Of a stretch of 64,000 bases of DNA, positions 49,880 to 60,647 are shown in pieces. The stretch spans positions 32,001 to 96,000 of the forward strand of contig JBDREQ010000020.1 of NCBI GenBank assembly GCA_043819555.1, given 5' to 3'. Numbering within the stretch: the first letter of the stretch is position 1; the number at the start of each line of letters is the position of its first letter. This stretch comes from Candidatus Zixiibacteriota bacterium (GTDB lineage: Bacteria > Zixibacteria > MSB-5A5 > GN15 > JAAZOE01). The position numbers and the translations under genes are program-made. Under the pieces are notes generated by a model, which saw nothing but the letters and a program-made list of their open reading frames with translations, made no database searches and was not told the DNA's origin.

Positions 49880-50969
49880 CATGTTACAGGGACAGGAAAA
49901 AGTCCGCGACATACTTATAAAAACCGCCAACAACGGTCAATTGCCCAATAGTTATCTATTCTCGGGTCCCGAAGGAGTTGGCAAATGGGCTGCCGCACTG
50001 AGCCTGACAGCTTACCTCAATTGCAATAATCCAGCCTCGGATGATAGCTGCGGTACGTGCCCCTCCTGCAAACAAATTTCAAAATTACAACATCCCAATT
50101 TATTTATTGCTATTCCGACACCGCCCTCAAAAACAGAAAAAGAAGAACTGGACAATTACTGGGAAATCCTGGGGAATAAAATCGCGGAACCATATTCATT
50201 AATCACGGGCCAGAGGCAGATGTCAATCCCAGTGACAACGGTTCGCCAAATTAAAAAGAAACTGAATCAAAAAGCCGATTTGAGCGGCAAACGGGTGATT
50301 ATAATTGATCAAATGGATCGTATGCTAACCTCTTCCGCCGATGCTCTCTTAAAACTTGTGGAAGAACCTCCGCGCGATACCTTGATTATTATTACCAGTT
50401 CAAATCCTGAGAAACTCCTCGATACTATTGTATCGCGATGCAGAGTGATTTCGTTTCCCCGATTATCTGAAGATGTTATTTCCTCTTATCTTATTGAAAA
50501 GGAAATTGCCGTCGATAAAAAGGCATATCTTCTCGCAAGGTTATCGCAGGGTTCTATCGGTCGCGCCCTGTATCTTTCAGAAGACGATATTACTCAGGAC
50601 AGGGAAATCGCCAAGCTAATTTTCAAAGGGATATTTCTTGGCCCGGCGATTAACGTGATCACCGAAGCGGGAGATTTACTCCCGTACCGGGATCGATTTC
50701 GCATTACACGAATTCTCGGTTTTTGGCAATCGTTATACAGGGATTTAATCCTGATTAAAAACGGATATGATAAAGAAAAACTAATCAATATCGATTATGC
50801 CGCCGAACTCGAACGCCTCGCGGCCAGGAATATAGCCGGTGAACCTTTACTAAAAATCCCATCTTATCTGGGCGAAGTTATACATGATATCGAACTCAAT
50901 GTTGATACCCAAACCGCGATCGCGGCTCTATTGATTGAAATTCAAAACCGATTGAATTTGCAGATTTAA
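49869..50969 (+). CDS. holB: DNA polymerase III delta-prime subunit
   Basis: GQ, YLFSGPEGVGK, C...CG.CPSC....HP, ADALLK..EEPP, TIVSRC. Confidence 0.9.
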   Translation: MNFSMLQGQEKVRDILIKTANNGQLPNSYLFSGPEGVGKWAAALSLTAYLNCNNPASDDSCGTCPSCKQISKLQHPNLFIAIPTPPSKTEKEELDNYWEILGNKIAEPYSLITGQRQMSIPVTTVRQIKKKLNQKADLSGKRVIIIDQMDRMLTSSADALLKLVEEPPRDTLIIITSSNPEKLLDTIVSRCRVISFPRLSEDVISSYLIEKEIAVDKKAYLLARLSQGSIGRALYLSEDDITQDREIAKLIFKGIFLGPAINVITEAGDLLPYRDRFRITRILGFWQSLYRDLILIKNGYDKEKLINIDYAAELERLAARNIAGEPLLKIPSYLGEVIHDIELNVDTQTAIAALLIEIQNRLNLQI

Positions 50970-50979
50970 TAAAATCATC

Positions 50980-51009
50980 AAAAAAACCCGCCGCTGAGAG
51001 CGGGTCTTT
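50980..51009. terminator. Bidirectional terminator between holB and DUF2723 gene
   Basis: A7-CCCGC / GCGGGT-CTTT. Confidence 0.65.
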
Positions 51010-51015
51010 CGAAGA

Positions 51016-53949
51016 TTATTCACTACCAGTGTCAGGAGGTACGATTTGAACCGGAGGCGCAGTTGGAGTGGTCTGAGGCGGAGGGGCAAGTCGCTGCTGC
51101 TGCATCATGGACTGAACTCTTCGTAAGATATCATTTGCGACGGCATCATCATCATGATATTGTTTGTATTCCCTGGCTAATCTGACTAAATCACCGGTAC
51201 GCTCTTGTTCGAAATAAAGAGTAAGTAAAGCGCGGAAAGTCTGTTCTTTGTCACGGTTCATTTCCCAGGCGGTATTCAGATATTCCTCTGGTTTATCATT
51301 CTCTCCTAAAGTTAGATACATCATCCCCAAGTATTGATAGAAGAAAACATTGTCCGGATTCATATTAAGAAATCCATGCAAATACTGTTTCATTTCTATT
51401 TCAATTTCCATAGCCCGTAGAGTATCGCCTTTTTCTCGAGCACGTTGAGCTTGAGTCATGCGCGAACGCCAATAAGAAGGAATCGCTTCACATATTTTTT
51501 CCAGTACTGAGTCGGCTTTTTCAATCTTGCCTTTTTCCATAAGATATGAATGATAATCGAGCATTTTTTCCGGGAAAGCCAATGAAATACCGGATGTGTT
51601 TTCGCTCTGAGCAATTAATGTATCGCTGAGATTGTCATACTTATAGACTTCAAAAAACAGGCTGTCGGTAATATCTTCCCGATAAGCCAGATTGGTTTCA
51701 TCGGCTGATAATGTCAAAATGATGCCGTCGCGGTATAATCTATCCATCAACTTCAGCGGTGTATTTCTGACTTCACCCGCCGCGGAAGTAAAGTGAATCG
51801 GATATTTCCAGCGATTAGTCAGAATAATATCTTCAAGCATTATTTGCGCGACCTTAAGAGTACTTTCTTCATAATATGTCGGCACTAATAGCGCGCTCCG
51901 TTTCCGCACCCGGTCATAAAACGGCTTTTTAGGCCGTGTTATTTCCTGGCCATTGGGAGCGATATCTACTTCCCAAAGAATCTGGTCGTCTTTTAATGAA
52001 ATCGGAACATCGGGAAGGATTCCGATATCAACCGGTTCAACTTCCTGGCCTTCAAGCATAATCTTTCCGTCTTTCCAGGGGATGGCGGCCGGGTCATAGC
52101 CGGCATTTATGGCCGAATGAGTATCAAGATGTTTCATCTGCCAGATATACCAGTCAGTATTAAGAAGCGAGAAATTTATAACCCTGACGTCTTTGCGAAT
52201 ACCGTAAATTTCCTGAATGCACCAGACAGGAAAAGTATCATTATCGCCGGAAGTAAACAAAATGGCGTTTTTCTCACATGAGTTCAAAATATTCCAGGCA
52301 TAATTATAAGCCATCCGATTTTTGGATCTGTCATTGTAAAAAAAGCTCGCCTGGGCCGGTATAATTGGCGTTAAAACCAAAACTAATGAGGCATAAACAG
52401 CCATCTTGCTCGTTCTCTCGCTCATTTCGGCAGTTGCTTTTCTAATCAACTCCATAATTCCGGCCATACCCAGCCCAATCGCAATGCCAAACAGAACAAA
52501 CGCCGGAGTAAAGAAATAATATCTGTCGCGAACCTCCTGATATGCGTCACCGGTGTATTTATTATAATGCGTCCCGTCGGCAAAATTCATGTACAAGACT
52601 AACCCCACCGAACCAACCAGTATAAGGGTGATAAAAATATACCCCCACTTAGGATATTTATAGGCCATCATTCCCAGGCCAAATATCCCAATCGCGAGAA
52701 ACACCGGAAATAATTTTTCATTGGAATATTGCTCTTTGAAAAAACGCAGAAAACCCATCCGGGCGTGATCCCCAAACTGATTAGCCATTTCTCCCCGACG
52801 TACAAACATTCTTTCAGTCATAGAAGTGGAGCCGTACTGCTTGCGGTCGAGGAAATTAACGAACGTCCGAAAATCTCGGGAAGGGGTGTTTTCATCAATA
52901 ATCGGGTGCGTATTCGAACGGATTGGTATATAAACATGAACCGAATAACCGATAATCGCGCATAATATTATTAAGAACGACAAACGCCACAATTTGTCTC
53001 TTTTAACGAACCAGATGACAAAACTGATAATGAACCAGCCCAGAACCGAGAACATAAACGGATAAAAACCCATCATAATTGGCGAAATAGCCCCAAAAGC
53101 CAGGAAAATCGGCCAATTAACTTTATGCCTCATATATATCGCCAAACCGACAAATTGAAGCCCCGCTAAAACCAAAAATATTTTATATCTTGATGCCCCA
53201 ATGCTTTCATTGAGAGTAGGGATTGATTTGTCGGCCAATAAAATAATCAGAATCAACTGAATGATAAAAAATCCGGAAATTAGAGCCCAGTCGATTTTTG
53301 TCGCCGTTCTTTTGAGGCCAAACATAATCGTCACAATCGGAACAATCAAAAATACCGTCAGGTGAATCCCCAAAGAAATGGTCGCCAGAAAAGCTGTCAA
53401 AAGAATAATCCTCTGCCCGGTATTATTAAAACGATGGTTATACCATTTAAGACTCAGCCATAACATAGCCAGCATTATAAGTATTGCCATGCTGCGCGGT
53501 TCGGTTTCCACCGAATTGGTCCAGTTTGCTCGGCTAAACGCTACAAACAGTGAACCGATAAAACCCGAAGCATATGCAATAATTCGCCCGATTTTATAAT
53601 TGTCGGAATTGATATACCAGCTCGAAACCAGGCGAACTATAATCAGGTAAGCGAATAGAGCCGAAAAAGTCGAGGACATGACCGACATCATATTAATTCG
53701 GAAGGCTACGTCCGAAGCAATGGGCAACAGGTCAAAAAATCGCCCCACCAGCATAAACAGGGGCGTGCCCGGCGGATGCGGATTGCCCATAATATGCGAA
53801 CTGGCGATAAATTCACCGCAATCCCAATAACTCAAAGTTTGTGCCACTGTCAAACGATAGATTATAAATGCAATGATTGTGGCAATCACCCCAATTACGG
53901 CGTTGATTTTATCGAATTTTTTCTCCTGACCAAACAACGATGGCTCCAC
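51016..53949 (-). CDS. DUF2723 (TMEM260-like GT-C) membrane protein with C-terminal TPR-like region
   Basis: WDCGEF.......HPPG.P.F, E.E, YIPIRS, L.RKQYG, R.R.YFF, LFT.GDNDTFP.W..QE...IR.DVRV.N.SLLNTDWY; GTG start with AGGAGG. Confidence 0.85.
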   Translation of the reverse strand: MEPSLFGQEKKFDKINAVIGVIATIIAFIIYRLTVAQTLSYWDCGEFIASSHIMGNPHPPGTPLFMLVGRFFDLLPIASDVAFRINMMSVMSSTFSALFAYLIIVRLVSSWYINSDNYKIGRIIAYASGFIGSLFVAFSRANWTNSVETEPRSMAILIMLAMLWLSLKWYNHRFNNTGQRIILLTAFLATISLGIHLTVFLIVPIVTIMFGLKRTATKIDWALISGFFIIQLILIILLADKSIPTLNESIGASRYKIFLVLAGLQFVGLAIYMRHKVNWPIFLAFGAISPIMMGFYPFMFSVLGWFIISFVIWFVKRDKLWRLSFLIILCAIIGYSVHVYIPIRSNTHPIIDENTPSRDFRTFVNFLDRKQYGSTSMTERMFVRRGEMANQFGDHARMGFLRFFKEQYSNEKLFPVFLAIGIFGLGMMAYKYPKWGYIFITLILVGSVGLVLYMNFADGTHYNKYTGDAYQEVRDRYYFFTPAFVLFGIAIGLGMAGIMELIRKATAEMSERTSKMAVYASLVLVLTPIIPAQASFFYNDRSKNRMAYNYAWNILNSCEKNAILFTSGDNDTFPVWCIQEIYGIRKDVRVINFSLLNTDWYIWQMKHLDTHSAINAGYDPAAIPWKDGKIMLEGQEVEPVDIGILPDVPISLKDDQILWEVDIAPNGQEITRPKKPFYDRVRKRSALLVPTYYEESTLKVAQIMLEDIILTNRWKYPIHFTSAAGEVRNTPLKLMDRLYRDGIILTLSADETNLAYREDITDSLFFEVYKYDNLSDTLIAQSENTSGISLAFPEKMLDYHSYLMEKGKIEKADSVLEKICEAIPSYWRSRMTQAQRAREKGDTLRAMEIEIEMKQYLHGFLNMNPDNVFFYQYLGMMYLTLGENDKPEEYLNTAWEMNRDKEQTFRALLTLYFEQERTGDLVRLAREYKQYHDDDAVANDILRRVQSMMQQQRLAPPPQTTPTAPPVQIVPPDTGSE

Positions 53950-54112
53950 TCTGGCCTCCTAAAGATAATTTTCAAACCCGTCGATAATAATTATACAGAT
54001 AAAGCCGGCGATTTCTTCACCAGCAAGACCACAATATACGATTTCGCCGGTTAGACACAAGGAAATTTAGGTTAGATGTAATTTAAATAATTTTGCGATT
54101 TGGAGGATGCTC

Positions 54113-54361
54113 ATGCTATTATGGAGCGCAATATTGTTTCTTCTGGGAGTCACCGCCTTTTTGGATGCCCTTTTTAATTATGGCGAAATATTCCGTCAAA
54201 TAAATTCGGTGTTGTTTCTCCTGGTTTCTTTGGCAATTTTGATCCGGACCACGACTAAAAAGAAACTGGCCAAAATGGAACATTATGCCCAAAAAGTGGA
54301 AGATCTTGAACAAAGAATCACAAATTTGACCCGCCCTAAAGATACTTCTGTCTTCAAATAA
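54113..54361 (+). CDS. Small hypothetical membrane protein (2 TM + coiled-coil tail)
   Basis: SD GGAGG 6 nt before ATG 54113; two hydrophobic segments; fills gap between opposite-strand genes; followed by hairpin. Confidence 0.6.
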   Translation: MLLWSAILFLLGVTAFLDALFNYGEIFRQINSVLFLLVSLAILIRTTTKKKLAKMEHYAQKVEDLEQRITNLTRPKDTSVFK

Positions 54362-54374
54362 GAATTTTATGACA

Positions 54375-54399
54375 GCAACTTTTTTCAATAAAAAGTTGC
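54375..54399. terminator. Hairpin between convergent genes
   Basis: GCAACTTTTT / AAAAAGTTGC inverted repeat. Confidence 0.5.
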
Positions 54400-56256
54400 C
54401 TAAATTTCGTTGTCTCCTTCGGATTCACTCCGGAGGAGATCTCTGATTGGGGCGCTAAAAGGATAATTTGAATGATCCCGCAATAAGCCTCTATAAATCT
54501 CCAGAGCTTTATCTCGGCGCTCCGGATTTTCAAAATATATATCTGCCTTAAGTTTTAAACCATAAGGCAGGAAATACGATTCCGGGTACTGGATCTGCAG
54601 ACTATCAATGGTATTAATCGCGGCTTCTGCTTGATTTTGCCCAAAATATAAATTTGCAAGATTTAGGTACGATACCGGCGAAAGAGCGGGAATCTTGATT
54701 TGACATATCTTTTTTAAATAAAATTCCAGGGAATCTCTTTGATTGTTATAATCAAAATACTCGGAGGCGCAATAAAGATCAATCTGTCCCGAAGCAGAAC
54801 CAATTGCCTCACTCAAAATAAGAGAATATTCAATCGCGTTATTGACATAAAATCCCCTGGGATAGCGGCTGATAATCTGTTTGAATGAATCCCGGGCCGA
54901 CATATATTCATAGGAAAAGAGTTTAATTAGACCAATCATATAATCGGCCTTTTCCTTAAAACTGTCATTTAGCTCAAGATTCTTCAGCAAGGTACAGCAA
55001 GCCAGAGCGGAATCGAGTTGGTTTTCTCTTATCAAGAGATCTGCAAGTTCGAAGCGGGCCTGAATATCATAACGTGACCTTGGGGCTGTCGCAATCACCT
55101 CATCAAGAAAATCCCTGGCCCGATCCAAATCGTGCAGATAATTTTTATAAAGAACACCGATTCGTATTCTTGCTTCTGCTTTATGAGGCGCCGATACGAA
55201 TTTATCCTCAATCGAATGATATATTGCAAGAGCCTTTTCATATTCTCCCGTCGCCGTATAAGCTTCGGCCATCAAAAATTGCGCATTGCCGATAATTGGC
55301 GAAATTTCATGCGAAGCTGCTAATGCTTCACCGGCTAAAATAGTCTGCATGTATTCACCGCTCTTATTGCACCATTTCATGAAATATAAAATATCATTGC
55401 CGCCCTTATTGCGCAAACTGTCTAATTCGACGTAAAACTCGCGGGCCTTATCGAATTGGCCCCGATCCATAAGAAGTTGTCCGTAGGCATTGATAAGTCT
55501 GAAATTGTCATAGTGATTTCTAATCTGTTGGGACAAAATTGCCAAGACGGTATCAGCCGATTCCGGGTACCGGATCATTGAAATCAATTTGGCCTCTGCC
55601 TCGGCTGCAGCCACCGAATCTTTTTCCATGTGCGTCAAATACTCGCGCGTGGCCTGCGCATAATTACCGTTGGCGGTCAAAACATCACCCATAATGCTGG
55701 CCAATAGATTAGGATTATTCGTCAGTATTCTTACTGAATCGATGAATACTACAGCATAATCATAATAGCCCAGACGCTGATAATTCTGTGCAATCGATAC
55801 GAGAATCGGTTGGCGATCCAATGACATTGAAGCGCTTTCAAAGAAATAATATTGTGCCGAATCAACATCTCCGATTAGCAAATGCGCTTCACCGGCATTG
55901 TGCAGCAGCATAAAATTAACAGGTTCGGATAAAATCCTCAATCTCATCAATGCCAGTAACTTCCCATAATTTTTGCTATTTTTATAACATTGGGCCAACA
56001 GTGATTTTAATGTGAGATCATCAGGACTTCTACTTAATTCATCTTCAGCCAAAGCGCCTGCCATTTCATATTGTCCCATCGTCATCAAACGCCTGACGCG
56101 GTCAAACGCGGCGCTGCCCGAATTATCCTTTTTTATGGGAGAGTTGCCAATTTCTTCCCGCTGAGGTTTAGCATCATCGCTTTGAGCCATTACCGGTACA
56201 ATAATGACCGATAGCCAAACGAATAGGAATATACCTGATATCTTACTTATGTTCAT
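54400..56256 (-). CDS. Secreted tetratricopeptide repeat protein
   Basis: Signal peptide after ATG 56256; many A/G...Y..A...Y TPR helices; YP.S/YPRG turns; overlaps upstream gene end. Confidence 0.8.
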   Translation of the reverse strand: MNISKISGIFLFVWLSVIIVPVMAQSDDAKPQREEIGNSPIKKDNSGSAAFDRVRRLMTMGQYEMAGALAEDELSRSPDDLTLKSLLAQCYKNSKNYGKLLALMRLRILSEPVNFMLLHNAGEAHLLIGDVDSAQYYFFESASMSLDRQPILVSIAQNYQRLGYYDYAVVFIDSVRILTNNPNLLASIMGDVLTANGNYAQATREYLTHMEKDSVAAAEAEAKLISMIRYPESADTVLAILSQQIRNHYDNFRLINAYGQLLMDRGQFDKAREFYVELDSLRNKGGNDILYFMKWCNKSGEYMQTILAGEALAASHEISPIIGNAQFLMAEAYTATGEYEKALAIYHSIEDKFVSAPHKAEARIRIGVLYKNYLHDLDRARDFLDEVIATAPRSRYDIQARFELADLLIRENQLDSALACCTLLKNLELNDSFKEKADYMIGLIKLFSYEYMSARDSFKQIISRYPRGFYVNNAIEYSLILSEAIGSASGQIDLYCASEYFDYNNQRDSLEFYLKKICQIKIPALSPVSYLNLANLYFGQNQAEAAINTIDSLQIQYPESYFLPYGLKLKADIYFENPERRDKALEIYRGLLRDHSNYPFSAPIRDLLRSESEGDNEI

Positions 56257-59200
56257 CCGCCTGACGTCCCATTCCGGAGATAGCCTTGAAATAAGCCTTG
56301 ATTTGCTGCTCATATTGGCGGGGAAACCCCTCTTTTAAGTATTGATTTAGTCTATCCTGGAGGCTTTCCGATCCGGTCATATTACCTTCATCAAGCGCCC
56401 CTGGAGAGTTTCTTAGTACATCTTTTCCAATTACGGATTGCCTTTCTTTTGTAAAATCACGGCGGTTTAATGATTTTTGTACATCGAGCATTCTCGAATA
56501 TACACGTAATTGCATATCAATCAATTCCTGCCCGGCTTGTCCCTCATCAAGTAATTCCTCGACTTCTTTTATATCATTGGAAAGCGCGTCAAGGCGGCCC
56601 AGTATATCCCGGCGATTGCCAAATTCCTTCTGGAGTTCCTCCATAGATTTTCGGACCGTGCCTTGTTCTCCGGCCAGTCGTTTTAAAGCCTGTTGCGAAT
56701 CATTTGGATTTTTCCCGGGATTATTGCATTCCTGCTGTGTTTGTTTATTGATCTCGCTTTGTTTCTGACACATGGATTGCATTTTCTGATTCTTCTTATT
56801 GCATGAACTGCTGCTATTGCAATCATTCTGCTCCTCAAGCCCGTCAAGCAACTTGACCGACGCGCGATTGAGATTATACATCGCCTCCTGTTGGTTTTCG
56901 TATGCGTCGGAAGTTCGCCGTTCGCCAAGATTATCACATGAAGATTGCATATTCTGGCGACTTTGCTCTATGAATGACTGTGTTTCGGCCGCCAAAAACG
57001 GTGATTTCTTGCTTAATTCATTGACTCTTTGTGCAAGAGAATTCAACGATTCTCGAAGCGTCATCTGTTCAGCGGCCATGTTTCGCAGATAATCGGTTTG
57101 GGTTGAGCCATTTTTTAGCGATTCATAAATATCTTCCTGCTTCTGTGATAGGTAATTCGCATCATTGATTGCGTTGAGCATTTCCTGAGCCATTTTGCGG
57201 CCCTCTTCATCGGAAAAAGCGGCCATGATATCCTGCATTTTTTTCACCAAACCGCTCAACTTTAAAGAAGATTCTTCACCGTGAGGCGTCGCTTTATTTG
57301 CGTTTTTATAATTAAGTTCCTGCTCCATCCGGTTCATATCCAAATCAGCCTGGTTATTCATAACCGCATCAGCAAAATCATTTTGCAAATCCGTGTTCTG
57401 CAATTCCGATTTCTCAATAAGATCCTTTAATTTATCAGCCTCATTTTTGAGAGCATCCATTTGGTCCTGAAGCTTATTTTCTCTGCGAGATAATCGAGGA
57501 TATTCATCGTCCGATTTTAATTGCTGTGTTTCGATATTGATGCGATTCTGCTCCAATAGCATCTCTTCGGCCATTTTCAGCATTGCAGCCATTTTCTGTT
57601 CAGCCTGCATTTTCTTCAGAAGTTCAACTGAGCGTTCCAGCCTCTTGAGCATTTCTTCCTGAGAAACCTGAAAATCTTTCATCGCCTTTTCTATTTCTTC
57701 CGGATTCATATTCTTCAAGGCTTCGGCGAGTTTGCGCATCGCTTCTTTCATTTCGGGCGTGGCGATTTCATTAAACAGCTTCTGCAGTTCCATCATTTTT
57801 TGCATTATCTGTTCTGACAGAAGATTGTTTTGCTCCATCTGTTTTATCGATTCTTCCATCTGCTCGGCCATTTTTTCGATATTCTCCGCGGTCAGATTCT
57901 GCTGCTTGACCATATTTTCCAGTTCTTTTGATTTTTGCCAGTCGATTTTCTTCGCAGATTTCATCTCACGAGCCAGCTCTTTTAACTGGTCAGCCATTTC
58001 CCTCTGTTCCCGCAAAATCTTTTCCGCCTCAAAAATGCGGCTTTCCTGCTGGGCGCCGGTCTCAGCGATTATCTCATCAATAGAGGGCAATCGGGCCGCA
58101 AATACTCGAGTACTGCTTGTTTTTGGACCCGAAACGACATCATTATCTGATATTTCAAAATGATATAAAATTAAATCTGAAGGCAATAAGTTAAAGCGGT
58201 CAACATCCCAGTTAAAAGCCACTTCGCCTTCGGTTGAAATATCATCCGAAAAATTGATCACCGCCACATTTTCTTCTCCTTGCTGGCCACTTGATATTAT
58301 TCGATATTTCATGACCAACGAGCCAAGGCCGAAATCATCGGAAATGGAAAGATTAAATGGAATTATCATCCGATCATCGAGGTTTATATCGTATCCGGGA
58401 GAATTGACATTTATATACGGATACTCATCGGGAATAGCCGTTACCATGTACTCAATCGGATCCGGGTTAGTCTCACCATTCTTATCATACAGTCTGACGT
58501 GATAAGAAAAATCATTTTGTACGGCGAGGTTGATTTTGCCCAGAGATTTTTCAAAATCTATTGGCAAATTGATCGAATCATCCCTTATTAAATATCCGGA
58601 TTCAATATTGCGATTGGCTTCAATTTCAAGAAATACGCGGCTGCCAACCAGCGCCGCGAACGATCCGTTATTTTCATCGGTAGTCAAGTCGGCCAGCGCA
58701 GTATATTCAGGTGGTTGAATAATAAGCTTCAGGCTGGTTACGCGAGGTTTCTCCACAATGTTTATGGCGTATTTATCCGATGTGATGTCACCGGCAACAA
58801 TATAATAATCAAACGATCTTCTGACCTGCTTCAACGAAATGCCAAAGGGGAGGGTATCAACATGAAGATTACCGTTACCGTTAACTGAAAAATTATAAGA
58901 GTCTTCTACCGGGATTTTCTCGGATTGCCAGCGGCCGTCAGTGAATTTATAAAATATTTCAATCCTGTTCGGAAATCCGTCGCCGACTAACCGGCCCCCA
59001 ATTTCAATATCCGAATATTTGACTTTTTCGGCATTACCAGGTTGAATGAAAATCGCAAAACCGGGAGGAGGCGCGATTCGGGTCGTCGGGTGCGAATAAA
59101 CTTCCAGTGCATTGGAAAATATTCCCGGAGCCAAAACAGCAGTCAGTACCGCCAGGATAACCACAACTGCTCCTGAACGGATTTTTCTATATAATGGATA

Positions 59201-59635
59201 GCCTGAGATTATCTCGTTGAAATTAATATCCCGAGTCAGCTCAAGAGCCTGTTTGCCAGTCATATCAACAAGAGCCGGGGAGAAGTTGGTTTTTTCGAAA
59301 TTAAAGTCGCGGAACTGCAAAGCGGCAACTAGCCGATTCTTCAAATTCGGGTGCTTCTGCTCAATCATCAAAGCCGCCGAAATCAAATCGCCGCCTTTTT
59401 TGACCGGTTTATACACATATCGAATAATCGCAAAAATCAAAAACCCGCATGTAATTGCCATCAAGGATAATTTCAGGAAAACCGGCAGAATGATAACCGC
59501 CGCTATCGCCGATAAGAACAACCCCAAACCAATAATTGTTGAAATTGTAGCAACGATTCCCGCCCCGAATAGAATTACCCTGTTTTTCCGTATTGCCCCC
59601 TTCAATCGCTTTTCTAATTGAATTAGTTTCTCCAT
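56243..59635 (-). CDS. DUF4175-family membrane protein with Ig-like domains and very long Q/E/M-rich coiled coil
   Basis: IEQKHP.L.NRL..ALQ, PPEYT, IPDEYP, SDDFGL..L, DND.VSGPK, terminal P..YE..IK.YF. Confidence 0.75.
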   Translation of the reverse strand: MEKLIQLEKRLKGAIRKNRVILFGAGIVATISTIIGLGLFLSAIAAVIILPVFLKLSLMAITCGFLIFAIIRYVYKPVKKGGDLISAALMIEQKHPNLKNRLVAALQFRDFNFEKTNFSPALVDMTGKQALELTRDINFNEIISGYPLYRKIRSGAVVVILAVLTAVLAPGIFSNALEVYSHPTTRIAPPPGFAIFIQPGNAEKVKYSDIEIGGRLVGDGFPNRIEIFYKFTDGRWQSEKIPVEDSYNFSVNGNGNLHVDTLPFGISLKQVRRSFDYYIVAGDITSDKYAINIVEKPRVTSLKLIIQPPEYTALADLTTDENNGSFAALVGSRVFLEIEANRNIESGYLIRDDSINLPIDFEKSLGKINLAVQNDFSYHVRLYDKNGETNPDPIEYMVTAIPDEYPYINVNSPGYDINLDDRMIIPFNLSISDDFGLGSLVMKYRIISSGQQGEENVAVINFSDDISTEGEVAFNWDVDRFNLLPSDLILYHFEISDNDVVSGPKTSSTRVFAARLPSIDEIIAETGAQQESRIFEAEKILREQREMADQLKELAREMKSAKKIDWQKSKELENMVKQQNLTAENIEKMAEQMEESIKQMEQNNLLSEQIMQKMMELQKLFNEIATPEMKEAMRKLAEALKNMNPEEIEKAMKDFQVSQEEMLKRLERSVELLKKMQAEQKMAAMLKMAEEMLLEQNRINIETQQLKSDDEYPRLSRRENKLQDQMDALKNEADKLKDLIEKSELQNTDLQNDFADAVMNNQADLDMNRMEQELNYKNANKATPHGEESSLKLSGLVKKMQDIMAAFSDEEGRKMAQEMLNAINDANYLSQKQEDIYESLKNGSTQTDYLRNMAAEQMTLRESLNSLAQRVNELSKKSPFLAAETQSFIEQSRQNMQSSCDNLGERRTSDAYENQQEAMYNLNRASVKLLDGLEEQNDCNSSSSCNKKNQKMQSMCQKQSEINKQTQQECNNPGKNPNDSQQALKRLAGEQGTVRKSMEELQKEFGNRRDILGRLDALSNDIKEVEELLDEGQAGQELIDMQLRVYSRMLDVQKSLNRRDFTKERQSVIGKDVLRNSPGALDEGNMTGSESLQDRLNQYLKEGFPRQYEQQIKAYFKAISGMGRQADEHK

Positions 59636-59690
59636 GTCATCATCCCGATAAAGGCTCTTATTTTATTGACGGCAATCGGCAGGTATAAGT

Positions 59691-60416
59691 TTAGTATGCC
59701 ATCGCGTAAGCCACTATATTTAATCCCATTTTCAGGGCTTTAAGTCTTTTTTCCGGCGGATCATTATGGACATGCTCGTCTTCCCAGCCATCAATAATAT
59801 CAGATTCAAACAAGTAGAATAATACTATCCGCCCGTCGATTACGACACCAAGGCCGGAGGCCGGTTTGTTGTCGTGTTCGTGAATCTTGGGGGGACCGTT
59901 GGGAAAATCAAAAAACGAATGATAGATAGGGTGCTCAAAAGGGATTTCCTGCAGAGGATTGCCTGGAAATAAGTCGGCCACCGCTGTCCTGACCGATTTA
60001 TCCATTCCGTAAGAATCGTTGATTAATAGAAATCCGCCGGTTATTAAATATTGGCGCAACCGTGCCATTTCATTTTCAGTAAATTTTATCACGCCGTGTC
60101 CGGTCGCGAATAAAAAAGACGATGAAAACAAATCATCATCCTCAATCCTGACCTGTTTTTCCTCCAGATCAACCGGCCACCCGGTTTGTTCGGATATAAA
60201 ATTCAATATGTTAGTTCCCGCGGAATTCCCTAAGTACCAGTCACCTCCGCCGCCGTAATGAAGTCTCGTCAAAGTTATTGAAGAAGGATTTTGTGCTTGA
60301 ACAGTCTCTGCCCGCACAAACGGATTGGTCCCCGGAATCTGCCTTAATTGATCCTGCGCCGGAATTTGCGAAACGGTCAATGCGCAGATTAACGCTGTCA
60401 CTATTTGATGCTTCAT
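59691..60416 (-). CDS. DUF4159 domain-containing protein, secreted
   Basis: RL.YGGGGDWY, TGHG, LRQYL..GGFL, HPIY, GPPKIHEHD, D..DGWED..VHND, MG.NI..YA. Confidence 0.88.
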   Translation of the reverse strand: MKHQIVTALICALTVSQIPAQDQLRQIPGTNPFVRAETVQAQNPSSITLTRLHYGGGGDWYLGNSAGTNILNFISEQTGWPVDLEEKQVRIEDDDLFSSSFLFATGHGVIKFTENEMARLRQYLITGGFLLINDSYGMDKSVRTAVADLFPGNPLQEIPFEHPIYHSFFDFPNGPPKIHEHDNKPASGLGVVIDGRIVLFYLFESDIIDGWEDEHVHNDPPEKRLKALKMGLNIVAYAMAY

Positions 60417-60647
60417 ACCATTAACATTATACTGCCAAAACCAGGAATTGATAGAAAAAAATGAGACGATTAAGGTTTTTAATTGATTTTTCCATGTATC
60501 AGAGGCATAGTTTTTCTTGCGTTCGGGTTTATCAAATTACTAATTTAGACAATTGCCCGGGGGCATTGATTATTGATTCTGACAAGAATTCTTACCCCGG
60601 GCTTGGGTTATTACGTAATTTAAACATAAAATACAGGGAGAGCAATT

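Noticed and set aside
54004..54052. CCGGCGA / TCGCCGG inverted repeat between divergent genes
   Set aside because: Short stem with a long loop; no second copy or other support for an RNA or mobile element
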